A DNA stretch of 64,000 nucleotides from Bacilli bacterium (GTDB lineage Bacteria; Bacillota_I; Bacilli_A; RF39; UBA660). This document shows, one piece after another, positions 1 to 8,738 of this stretch. The notes below the pieces were generated by a model. It worked only from the letters and a program-made list of their open reading frames with translations, was not told the DNA's origin and did not search any database. How positions within the stretch are numbered: position 1 is the first letter of the stretch; each line of letters opens with the position of its first letter. The translations under genes and the position numbers were made by a program. The DNA is taken from NCBI GenBank assembly GCA_017428485.1, contig JAFRQT010000026.1:8699-72698 (forward strand). The letters run 5' to 3'.

Positions 1-176
1 TTTTTCCATAAATTACCACCCCTTAAGTGCGTGCTTAATAATGATACACTATTTTGTCCTATTTTTCAAGAAAAAAGTATTCTATTATTTAAAAATATCA
101 CTGAGAGTGTTTTTTTATCATTTTAGGTAAATTGTTAAAAAAAATAAATTTTGGCAAAATATTATTAGGAGTTATT

Positions 177-437
177 ATGGAAGAAGTATATAAATTTGAA
201 AGTGAGAAAAAATTATATTCTATAATTGGAAATAATATAAAATATTACAGAAAATTATATAGTATAACTAAATCTGATATGACTCAAAAAGACTTAGCTA
301 AACTAATCAATGTTTCTACTTCACTAATCGGCAACTTAGAAAGTAAAAACACTTATCAAGGAATAAGTGTTTATAATTTGTATAAAATAAGTAAGGTATT
401 AGAAGTACCAATGGATAATTTTTTTATTAATCACTAA
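177..437 (+). CDS. XRE-family helix-turn-helix transcriptional regulator (small)
   Basis: ORF 132..437. HTH core MTQKDLAKLINVSTSLIGNLES. AGGAG lies 5 nt upstream of ATG 177, favouring it over TTG 132. Paralogous to 427..696 and 797..1045. Confidence 0.7.
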   Translation: MEEVYKFESEKKLYSIIGNNIKYYRKLYSITKSDMTQKDLAKLINVSTSLIGNLESKNTYQGISVYNLYKISKVLEVPMDNFFINH

Positions 438-696
438 CTTCTATACTTTCAAAAAACTTTTCAATAGAAGTATTTAAAACAATAGATATTTTATATAAGG
501 ATAATAATGATAATCCTTCACTACCCTTAGTGCTTTCAAATTTTCTAATAAACTCTGGGGATACACCAATATCAATCGCTAGTTGCTCTTGTGTGATCCC
601 ATTTATTTTTCTGTATTTTATAACATTATATGCTATTGTTTCAATAATATTTTCATCAAAATTAAATTCTCTTTTAAATTTGGTCACATATATCAC
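427..696 (-). CDS. XRE-family helix-turn-helix transcriptional regulator (small)
   Basis: HTH core ITQEQLAIDIGVSPEFIRKFES and a shared C-terminal LYKISIVL motif. Start is uncertain: GTG 696, or GTG 687 which sits behind AGGTGA. Confidence 0.65.
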   Translation of the reverse strand: MIYVTKFKREFNFDENIIETIAYNVIKYRKINGITQEQLAIDIGVSPEFIRKFESTKGSEGLSLLSLYKISIVLNTSIEKFFESIEVSD

Positions 697-796
697 CTAT
701 AGATAATTTTACATTGTTTTAAATATTATTGATGTAGTGCTGTACTATACAAAGAATAAATATTAGTCTATAATATATTTGATAGTGGGTGAAAAC

Positions 797-1045
797 ATGA
801 ATCAAGAAAAACTAAACAGTATAATAGGTAAAAATATTAAAAAATATAGAAAAATTTATAATAAAAATGGAAATAAAATGACTCAAGAAAAATTAGCAGA
901 ATTAATTAATGTTTCTGTTTCACATATAAGTAGTTTAGAAAGCAACAAAACAAAAAAAGGAATAAGTATCTCAAATTTATATAAAATATCAATTGTTTTA
1001 GATGTGCCAATTACTAAATTATTAGAGGAAAATTATGAAGATTAA
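797..1045 (+). CDS. XRE-family helix-turn-helix transcriptional regulator (small)
   Basis: ORF 779..1045, with the in-frame ATG at 797 giving MNQEKLNSIIGKNIKKYRK. HTH core MTQEKLAELINVSVSHISSLES. Its 3' end overlaps the next ORF start by 11 nt. Confidence 0.7.
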   Translation: MNQEKLNSIIGKNIKKYRKIYNKNGNKMTQEKLAELINVSVSHISSLESNKTKKGISISNLYKISIVLDVPITKLLEENYED

Positions 1046-1577
1046 TTCTATATTATTAAAAAATTGCATAAATAATTCCTCTGATATAAAAGTTTTATTA
1101 AAAAATAAAAGCATAAATAGATTATTACGTAATATTGATGCTAAAAAAATTATTAAAGTTAATTCCCACTTAATTCATAAAAAAGATATAACTTTGATTG
1201 AGCAATTCATATTTAATCTTGATAATTATATTAGTTTTATTAAAAATTTATTAAATATTAGCCCCCTTCAAACTAGATATATTATAGATTTAACTTTAGA
1301 TAACAAATACAACAAAATATTATTATCAGATGTGTATTTTTATGATAATAAAGACTATTATATTAACGAATTTAAAAAATTGTTCATGTATAGATATATT
1401 AAAAATGTAAATAAATTAAAAAAATATATTAATATAGACAAACTCGATTTTGATAGTCTTATATTAAAATTAAATTATAATAAAAATAAGGCTCATTTCT
1501 ACTTTGAAGATATAAGTAAAAACTTGCCTTATTATATTGATATTATCGATTATTTAGAAAACACATCTAACATATGA
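1035..1577 (+). CDS. hypothetical protein (180 aa, basic, helical-looking), translationally coupled to the upstream XRE gene
   Basis: Long ORF whose ATG lies inside the XRE stop region. No recognisable motif. Its 3' end overlaps the convergent Fic gene by 28 bp. Confidence 0.45.
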   Translation: MKINSILLKNCINNSSDIKVLLKNKSINRLLRNIDAKKIIKVNSHLIHKKDITLIEQFIFNLDNYISFIKNLLNISPLQTRYIIDLTLDNKYNKILLSDVYFYDNKDYYINEFKKLFMYRYIKNVNKLKKYINIDKLDFDSLILKLNYNKNKAHFYFEDISKNLPYYIDIIDYLENTSNI

Positions 1578-2623
1578 TTATATGAGAAAGTAACTCTATT
1601 AGTTCCTTTCTTTTTTTCTTTTGTTAAATATCCATGTTCTACTAATTTATTTAATACTTTATTTACAGAATTTATGTGTAATTTGCATTCAGTTACAACA
1701 TCATTTGTTGTAAAACACAATTTCTTAACAATGTAAGGATATACTTTATATATAGTTGTTCCTCCAATTACTTTCTTAAATTCTTCTAAATCTTCTTGAT
1801 ATATCTTGTTAAGTTTTTTAATTCTTTTAATATTAATACTGCATTGATCAATTATACATTCTAACATTAATTTTATAAATGCTTCTATGTTATCAGATTC
1901 ATTACTTAATAATGTAAAATAAGTGTTTTTTAAATTATCTATGCTTTCACTAATAAATAATATCGGCGTTTCCTTTTTATAATGTGATATTTGTATCGGA
2001 ATAAACATTCTTCCAAGTTTTCCATTTTCGCTAACATAAGGATGTATTCTCATAATTTGATAATGGGTAATACATGTATCTAAAAACACTTCGCTAGAAT
2101 AGTTATTCATGTAATCACATAAATTTTTCATATACCCATTTAATTCAGTATGTATAGGAGGAATAAATGACACACTTGAGCCAGCAAGACCAGGTTTTAA
2201 AATATAAGTTTGTATTTTTCTTAAATGCCCGCTCCCTTTAGTTTTATTATTTTTAGAACAATTATTAAATATTATTTTATTTATTTTATTAAAGTGATCA
2301 ATTTCATAATTAGTTCCATTAGTTAATGTTACTGCACTAAGTAACGCTAAACGCATGTTATTAAATATAATTGTTTCATTTGATTTATTTTTATATGGTA
2401 TTAAAAACATCTCTTCTTTTTCTAATTTACTATTATCAATTTTAAAAGAATAATATGTATCATTAACAAAAGCAGTTTCTAAAAAGCTTTTATAATCATA
2501 TACCATATCTTTTAGATAGCCCTTATATTCTCCATATGCCTCTCTTGCATTGCATAAAAGTCTTAACAGTTCATCAGAAAAATTATACTTAATTGGTAAT
2601 TTTTGTGCTTTATATGGTTCCAT
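1550..2623 (-). CDS. Fic/DOC family protein with C-terminal winged-helix-like tail; degenerate Fic motif
   Basis: HPYVSENGKLGR sits where the Fic motif HxFx(D/E)GNGRxxR is expected. Fic_N-like N-terminus. AAGGAG RBS upstream of the ATG. Confidence 0.75.
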   Translation of the reverse strand: MEPYKAQKLPIKYNFSDELLRLLCNAREAYGEYKGYLKDMVYDYKSFLETAFVNDTYYSFKIDNSKLEKEEMFLIPYKNKSNETIIFNNMRLALLSAVTLTNGTNYEIDHFNKINKIIFNNCSKNNKTKGSGHLRKIQTYILKPGLAGSSVSFIPPIHTELNGYMKNLCDYMNNYSSEVFLDTCITHYQIMRIHPYVSENGKLGRMFIPIQISHYKKETPILFISESIDNLKNTYFTLLSNESDNIEAFIKLMLECIIDQCSINIKRIKKLNKIYQEDLEEFKKVIGGTTIYKVYPYIVKKLCFTTNDVVTECKLHINSVNKVLNKLVEHGYLTKEKKKGTNRVTFSYNHMLDVFSK

Positions 2624-2663
2624 TTTACATTCTCCTTACATTATAATAATAACATATAATTAT

Positions 2664-2701
2664 AAAAAAATATACATATTTATTTTGAAATATGTATATT
2701 T
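2664..2701 (-). terminator. rho-independent terminator after the 121-aa gene
   Basis: Perfect 14-bp arms AAATATACATATTT / AAATATGTATATTT with a 6-nt loop, followed on the minus strand by a U-run. Confidence 0.5.
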
Positions 2702-3065
2702 AATAAGGGTTTGGATAATCTAGCAGTCCTAGTGCATTGCCTTCTAGCCAATAAATCTTATCATTCTTTATTTCTAATTTATAATAAATTTTATATTTTT
2801 GTGACTCGCCATTCTTATCATAATAGAATATTAAATCTGTAATACCTTCTTTGTTTATCTTGAATGTCCATTTTTTATCCACTTGCTTCATTAATTTCAA
2901 ATTTTCATTATTAATTTCATATGTCCATAACTCTGCAGTAGTATCTTTAAGATTATTATAATCAATAGTAATCTCATTTTCATATTTGTATAAATATTTT
3001 TGTGGATATAATAATATTAAAAGAGCTATTGCAATAGTAACTCCAAATATAATAAAGTATCTCAT
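2700..3065 (-). CDS. hypothetical membrane-anchored/secreted small protein
   Basis: N-terminal hydrophobic segment FIIFGVTIAIALLILL followed by a beta-rich-looking domain. No recognised motif. Confidence 0.5.
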   Translation of the reverse strand: MRYFIIFGVTIAIALLILLYPQKYLYKYENEITIDYNNLKDTTAELWTYEINNENLKLMKQVDKKWTFKINKEGITDLIFYYDKNGESQKYKIYYKLEIKNDKIYWLEGNALGLLDYPNPY

Positions 3066-3639
3066 ATAATCACCATATTAATAATACATTTTTTTGCACC
3101 AAAAAACAACCAGTTCTGATAAAACATGATTGTTTCGAGTTTCTGAAAACGAATTATGAATCATTTATATTAGAAGAGGTTAATCATAACTTAAAAATTA
3201 ATTTAAATTATGAAGAACCAAATTAATATAAACATCTCTAAATATTATCAGTATTTAGCATAATTTCTTATCTTTTTGAGTTTTGCTTTCTCAACGTTAT
3301 AACATTTGTCCTTAGTAGATAAGCATTCTATTTCTTAAATTGATTAAGAAGATTTGATATTTATATAAGGTAATTAATATTATTAAGTAAAATATATATA
3401 AACAATCAATAAATTAATATTAACTATAAATATATATTGAAAAAAAATAATAATATAATTTTATATAAATAAGAAATTTATATAGAATTTTTTCACTAAA
3501 ATAATTAATTTGAATTAAATATAATAAATAATTAAATATAAATATAAAATTTATAGATAAGAATTTAAAATAAATAAAATTAATTATCTATTGGACATTT
3601 ATATATTATCAAATATAAAAATGTATGTCAACACTTTTT

Positions 3640-3683
3640 TTAAAAAAAATAAAAAAATGTCATTTTTTGTAAAATGACATTTT
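3640..3683 (-). terminator. rho-independent terminator after the hydrogenase gene
   Basis: 13-bp arms AAAATGTCATTTT / AAAATGACATTTT (3654-3666 and 3671-3683) with a long U-tract on the minus strand. Confidence 0.6.
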
Positions 3684-5193
3684 AATTAACCTTGTCTTCT
3701 AATAGATAATGCTTATCACTATATGTTGTGTGCAATAGTTTAAAACTCTCTTCGCTTAAAGGTTGATGCAAATAATTTTTATATAATTTTTTTAATTCAT
3801 CATTATCATGAGCACATCTTTTTGCTCTTTGCTTATCTATATTGAATAATCCTTTTGATCTTTCTTCCCTATATTTATCTAAATCTTTTATCGGACATAG
3901 TGGTTGGCCTCCACCACCTACGCAGCCACCCTGACAGTTCATTACTTCAATAAAGTGATATTTCTTGTATTCATTATTTTTTAACAATTCCTCAAGATTT
4001 GACAATTGATGTACAACTGCCACTCTTAGTTTATATTCTCCAATATTTATTGTAGCAGTCTTAATTCCATCATAATTTCTTAATGATGTAAAAACTAGTT
4101 CATCTTTTTTTAGATTTGTTTTCATCATTATTCTATATAATGTTCTTATAACTGATTCGCAAACACCACCTGTAGTTCCAAACATTACTCCACCACCGCT
4201 GCTTTCACCCATTAAGCTATCAAATTTTTCATCTTTTAATGACTCAAATTTAATATCTTCTTCTTTTAATAAAATTGAAAGTTCACTACATGTCATTACA
4301 TAATCTATATTAATTGTATATTCTCTTGCTTCCATTTTTTTAGCAGTGCATGGTGTGATAGCGACTGTTACTATCTTATTTGGATCAAAGCCTTTTTGCT
4401 CACAAAAATAACTTTTTATTATTGCACATTGCATACCTATAGGGCTTTTACAACTTGATAAGTTATTTAATAGTTCTGGATGATATATTTCAGCATATTT
4501 AACCCATGCAGGGCAGCAACTAGTAAATTGTGGTAATGATTTTTTATTTGTTAACCTTGATGCAAATTCAGCAACTTCTTCTAAAATAGTTAAGTCTGCT
4601 CCAAATGCAGTATCAAAGACATAATCAAAACCTAATTCCTTTAATGCAGATACCAATTTTCCTTCGGCGTTCTCACCGTTTTCTAACCCAAAACTTTCTC
4701 CTATAGCTACTCTAACTGCTGGAGATATTAATGCAACAACTATTTTTTCATTAGCATCAATTATTTGTTTAACATCTTTATAACAATATTTTGGCACCAG
4801 TGCACCAGTTGGGCAATTTAATATACATTGACCACATCCTATACATATAGGTTCTTTGCATTTATTTAAATCATATGAGATATTTACTTTGTTTTCACAA
4901 GTGTTTCTACACTGACCACAATTAATACATTTTTCTATTATTCTTGAAATACAATAATTATTATCACTAATTCTTACTTTTTTATCTTCTAATGTGTCAT
5001 TGATTATTTTGCTTTTCTTTTCATTTAATGCATCTTCTAAAACAGAATCTATAATAGAGTCTAAATTATCATATACTGGTTCTGACTCATTAAATTTATC
5101 TTTAGTAGCATTACACATGGGACATATAAAATCTTCTTCTATCTCTTCACTTTCAAAAATATAGCCACAATTTGTACATATATATTTTTTCAT
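3682..5193 (-). CDS. hydA: [FeFe]-hydrogenase catalytic subunit with N-terminal rubredoxin-like Cys4 module and two 4Fe-4S ferredoxin motifs
   Basis: H-cluster motifs FTSCCPAW, TPCTAKKMEA and EVMNCQGGCVGGGGQP. CxxCxxCxxxC motifs CINCGQCRNTC and CIGCGQCILNCP. N-terminal CTNCG..CPMC. Confidence 0.9.
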   Translation of the reverse strand: MKKYICTNCGYIFESEEIEEDFICPMCNATKDKFNESEPVYDNLDSIIDSVLEDALNEKKSKIINDTLEDKKVRISDNNYCISRIIEKCINCGQCRNTCENKVNISYDLNKCKEPICIGCGQCILNCPTGALVPKYCYKDVKQIIDANEKIVVALISPAVRVAIGESFGLENGENAEGKLVSALKELGFDYVFDTAFGADLTILEEVAEFASRLTNKKSLPQFTSCCPAWVKYAEIYHPELLNNLSSCKSPIGMQCAIIKSYFCEQKGFDPNKIVTVAITPCTAKKMEAREYTINIDYVMTCSELSILLKEEDIKFESLKDEKFDSLMGESSGGGVMFGTTGGVCESVIRTLYRIMMKTNLKKDELVFTSLRNYDGIKTATINIGEYKLRVAVVHQLSNLEELLKNNEYKKYHFIEVMNCQGGCVGGGGQPLCPIKDLDKYREERSKGLFNIDKQRAKRCAHDNDELKKLYKNYLHQPLSEESFKLLHTTYSDKHYLLEDKVN

Positions 5194-5217
5194 ATATTTT
5201 TCCTCTCAACTAATTAA

Positions 5218-6612
5218 TTATAGCATATTTTTATTATTAATTTCAAAAAAGAATATAGATCCTTTCCCTTTTACGCTTTTAACACCATATTTGTACTTAT
5301 GACTTTCTAATATTGATTTAACTATTGAAAGCCCTAGCCCTGTTCCAATAGTGCTTCTTTTATGATTTTTTTCATTATGATAGTATTTATTCCAAATATA
5401 TTTTATATCTTTTTGATCTATCCCTTTTCCTGTATCTTTAATTTCTACAATTATTTTTTTATTTTCTTCTTTTATATTAATATATACTTTTTTATCTTCT
5501 CCTGTGTAGTTAATAGCATTGTTTATTAAATTATATATTACTTGTTCTATTCTTTTTTTATCTGCTTCTATATATATTGATTTCTTATTATTATATATGA
5601 ATTCATAACCTTCATTATCTATTAAAATATAATATCTTTTAATAATATTTCTAATTAAATCATCTAAATCAAATTTTTCTATTTTTAATTCATATGTTTT
5701 AGATTGCATTTTAGACAAATCTAATATATCGCTAACTAATACATTTAATCTATCAGTTTCTTCTATAATAATATTTAGATTTTCTTTTTCTTTTTTTTCA
5801 GGTAAATTATCAAAATCACGTGTCATCTCAGCATATGCTTTTATCATAGTTAATGGTGTTTTTAAATCATGTCCTACATTTGCCATTAAATCTCTTCTTA
5901 ATTCTTCAGTTTTTGATAGTTCATTTTTTGCAAGTTCTAATGCATTTGCTAATTCTTTTACTTCCAGAAGATTTGTATTTGTATCAAAAGATACATTAAA
6001 ATTACCGTTTGCTATTTCTTTAGCTGAGTTGCTAAGTTTTATTATAGGCTTAGATATTATTCTAGATAAAACATAACTAATAATTATTGAAACAACTAAT
6101 GTAATTAAAACAATATATCCAAACTGGCTTTTTAAAAGCATTATAGATGCATCTAAAGGCTGCAAAGAACTATTTAAAAAAATATATGTTCTTTCATCAT
6201 ATTTAATTGCTTTAACAATAGTTTTATTTCCAAATCTTCTACTATAAAGAAATAGTGAATCTTCATCCTTTTCACTATTAACAAATCGTTCTATATATTC
6301 TTCGCTTGTTTTTCTATCTCCAATGACGCAGCCCTTATTATAAATGTTTGAAATTGTTTCATTTAAGCCATTCGAATAAACTGATACGCATATTCCATTA
6401 TTAAAAGCTATATCTTCTAATTGACTGGTACTAATATTTTCGGTATTTATTATTTCTTTTTTTATTTTTTCTAATTGTCTAATTTTATAAGACTCATAGA
6501 AATTACCTAAAAGCACAATTTGCATTAAAAAAACGAACAATAAAATAAAGTTTGAAAAAGCAACCAAGCTTATTATTAATATGGTTTTAATTTTATTATT
6601 CTTGTATGTCAA
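5218..6612 (-). CDS. sensor histidine kinase (two TM segments, HAMP, HisKA, HATPase)
   Basis: H-box HDLKTPLT, N-box LINNAINYT, G-boxes DTGKGI and GTGLGLSIV. Overlaps the response regulator gene by 17 nt. Confidence 0.88.
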   Translation of the reverse strand: MTYKNNKIKTILIISLVAFSNFILLFVFLMQIVLLGNFYESYKIRQLEKIKKEIINTENISTSQLEDIAFNNGICVSVYSNGLNETISNIYNKGCVIGDRKTSEEYIERFVNSEKDEDSLFLYSRRFGNKTIVKAIKYDERTYIFLNSSLQPLDASIMLLKSQFGYIVLITLVVSIIISYVLSRIISKPIIKLSNSAKEIANGNFNVSFDTNTNLLEVKELANALELAKNELSKTEELRRDLMANVGHDLKTPLTMIKAYAEMTRDFDNLPEKKEKENLNIIIEETDRLNVLVSDILDLSKMQSKTYELKIEKFDLDDLIRNIIKRYYILIDNEGYEFIYNNKKSIYIEADKKRIEQVIYNLINNAINYTGEDKKVYINIKEENKKIIVEIKDTGKGIDQKDIKYIWNKYYHNEKNHKRSTIGTGLGLSIVKSILESHKYKYGVKSVKGKGSIFFFEINNKNML

Positions 6613-7252
6613 ATTTATACCCCATTCCCCTTACGGTTGTAATTAAATCTCTATATTTACCCAAATTATTTCTTAACATTTTAATATGTGTATCAATTGT
6701 TCTATCATTTCCAATATAATCATAATTCCATATTTTATTTAATAATTGTTCACGTGATAAAGCAATCCCTTTATTATTTATAAAGTAAACTAGCAAATCA
6801 TATTCTTTTGGTGTTAATAACAATTCTTTTTCATTTATATAAGCAGCATGTCCCAAAAAATCTACTTTTAAATCTTTATAGATAAATGTTTCTTCTTCAC
6901 CTTTGTATCTCTTCATAACAGCATTTATTCTCGCAATTAATTCTTTTGGACTAAAAGGTTTTGTCATATAGTCATCAATTCCCAAATCAAAACCAGCAAG
7001 AATATCATATTCCTCACTTCTAGCTGATAATATAATTGTTGGTGTATTATATTTTTCTTTTATTATTTTATATGCAGAAAATCCATCCATTTTAGGCATC
7101 ATTATATCCATAACTATCATATCAGCATCTTTTGCTTTGTCAATCGCATCAATACCATTTTCTGCCTCAATTACATCATAGTTACTGCCAAGGCAATATT
7201 CTTTTATTACATCTCTAATTAATTTTTCATCATCAACAATTAATACTTTCAT
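6596..7252 (-). CDS. OmpR-family response regulator
   Basis: Receiver domain MKVLIVDDE..MDIMMPKMDG and a winged-helix C-terminus ending VRGMGYKF. Confidence 0.9.
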   Translation of the reverse strand: MKVLIVDDEKLIRDVIKEYCLGSNYDVIEAENGIDAIDKAKDADMIVMDIMMPKMDGFSAYKIIKEKYNTPTIILSARSEEYDILAGFDLGIDDYMTKPFSPKELIARINAVMKRYKGEEETFIYKDLKVDFLGHAAYINEKELLLTPKEYDLLVYFINNKGIALSREQLLNKIWNYDYIGNDRTIDTHIKMLRNNLGKYRDLITTVRGMGYKFDIQE

Positions 7253-7323
7253 GAAACACCTCTTAGATATAATATAATACTGTTTTATGAAAATAAAGTG
7301 AAAAATGAAAACATTTTATTAAA

Positions 7324-8115
7324 TTATTTATTATAATACTGAGAACAACTAAAACCTTCGCATGATATTTTATAATTATCTATTATTTTATTATTACTTA
7401 CAACATATACAGAGGGATATATGTCATCATATATTTTATTATCTAAACTAAATTTGTTATTTATTGAATTTAATTCAGATAATATTTCAGTATTTAAAGT
7501 ACTAGAGTCTACATAATAAACATTTTTAGAATAACTTATCCATTTTTCTATAATGTCATATATTAAAGCACATTCTATATTTTTGCAATTTTCTCCTAAA
7601 AATATTATTTTTGAATATTCGCTATCATTTATTACTTCTATAAGTTTATCATTATCGATCTTAATAATATCTAACGTTTGTTTTCTTTTATTCTTATATT
7701 CATCTATTGTCATATTAAAATATTTGTTAAATTCATATTCTCTTGAATATTTTGCATTCTTAAAGAATGTTATTTCTTCATTGTCTATTTCAACATCTAA
7801 TTTATATGAGCCTACATTATCAATCACAATTTTCTTTCCACAATCAAATAGTATTGTTCTTGTAGCTTTATTATATTTATAATCACTGCAAAAACTATAA
7901 TCATTTGTTTGATTATCGTTGTTAGGTTTGTAATATATTATTTCTTCATCGTTGATATATAGTATTTCAGTATATCCATTCTTTTTATTATAATGATACC
8001 ACTTATGATTTAATAAATTTTTATCAAAATTCTTTAGACTTAATACATAAAAAATTGATACTATTACAAATATTATTGTACTAATAATTATAACTAACAT
8101 TCCTTTATTTTTCAT
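7324..8115 (-). CDS. hypothetical membrane-anchored protein
   Basis: N-terminal TM MLVIIISTIIFVIVSIFYVL. No catalytic motif recognised. Lies directly upstream of the two-component genes on the same strand. Confidence 0.5.
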   Translation of the reverse strand: MKNKGMLVIIISTIIFVIVSIFYVLSLKNFDKNLLNHKWYHYNKKNGYTEILYINDEEIIYYKPNNDNQTNDYSFCSDYKYNKATRTILFDCGKKIVIDNVGSYKLDVEIDNEEITFFKNAKYSREYEFNKYFNMTIDEYKNKRKQTLDIIKIDNDKLIEVINDSEYSKIIFLGENCKNIECALIYDIIEKWISYSKNVYYVDSSTLNTEILSELNSINNKFSLDNKIYDDIYPSVYVVSNNKIIDNYKISCEGFSCSQYYNK

Positions 8116-8128
8116 AATATTATGATAC

Positions 8129-8160
8129 CAAAAAACAAGTAATAATTCAATTACTTGTTT
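8129..8160 (-). terminator. rho-independent terminator after the rpmE/88-aa gene pair
   Basis: 11-bp arms AAACAAGTAAT / ATTACTTGTTT with a 6-nt loop and a U-run on the minus strand. Confidence 0.5.
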
Positions 8161-8417
8161 GTGTTTGCATAATAATTAAACTCCGATATTTCTCTTGAAA
8201 TATTTTCAAGTTCATCTGCATCTGGATCATCTTCTAAAACTTCTTCTATTTGAAATAATATATCATCTACTGAGCCACATTTATATGGATTTATATTATA
8301 ATTTAATAGCACTTCACATTGATAATCAGATAAAAATATATTTTTATTTATTTCTTTGTGCATATATTTTTGATCTACCAAATCATCGATATTTATTTCT
8401 TCATTATTTATTATCAT
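8151..8417 (-). CDS. hypothetical small acidic protein
   Basis: 88-aa ORF 25 nt downstream of rpmE on the same strand. No recognised motif. Confidence 0.4.
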   Translation of the reverse strand: MIINNEEINIDDLVDQKYMHKEINKNIFLSDYQCEVLLNYNINPYKCGSVDDILFQIEEVLEDDPDADELENISREISEFNYYANTNK

Positions 8418-8442
8418 AAATTATCCTAAAAGAAAATCACTA

Positions 8443-8643
8443 TTAATCAGTGATTCCATATTTGTCTTTGAATTTTTGTACATTTCCAGTCTTAACAGTT
8501 TTAAATTTACCTGTATAGAATGAATGACATTTATTACATGACTCTAATTGAATTTCATCTTTTGTAGATTTTACTTCAAATTCATTTCCACATGCACATT
8601 TAACCTTGCATACTTTTTGTACAGGATGTATTCCCTTTTTCAT
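8443..8643 (-). CDS. rpmE: 50S ribosomal protein L31 (Zn-ribbon type A)
   Basis: MKKGIHP.. start, CxC..CxxC cysteines and an FYTG motif. GAGGAGG RBS. Confidence 0.92.
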   Translation of the reverse strand: MKKGIHPVQKVCKVKCACGNEFEVKSTKDEIQLESCNKCHSFYTGKFKTVKTGNVQKFKDKYGITD

Positions 8644-8699
8644 AATATTTTCCTCCTCGCCATAACTTATACTAAGTTATAGAAATAACTTCATTGAGT

Positions 8700-8728
8700 A
8701 TTATACATACATTTTTTAATAAAATCAA
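8700..8728 (-). promoter_or_regulatory. sigma-A-like promoter for rpmE
   Basis: On the minus strand: TTGATT, a 17-bp spacer ending in TG, then TATAAT. Confidence 0.45.
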
Positions 8729-8738
8729 GGATTAATTG

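Noticed and set aside
1-9. A possible minus-strand gene start (ATGGAAAAA with a GGGGTGG RBS at 17-23) leaving the window.
   Set aside because: Only three codons are inside the window, which is too little to annotate.
1-2623. The XRE/Fic block considered as a mobile element or prophage remnant.
   Set aside because: No integrase, recombinase, transposase, terminal inverted repeats or att-like direct repeats are visible in the window. It is left as accessory genes only.
6745-6762. A CACGTG core in TTGTTCACGTGATAAA, with other CACGTG or GTGGAAC half-sites at about 5817, 30375, 15833, 52222 and 63958, considered as extra parS sites.
   Set aside because: The flanks do not fit TGTTNCAC/GTGNAACA in register. 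They are half-site or core-only matches inside coding sequence.
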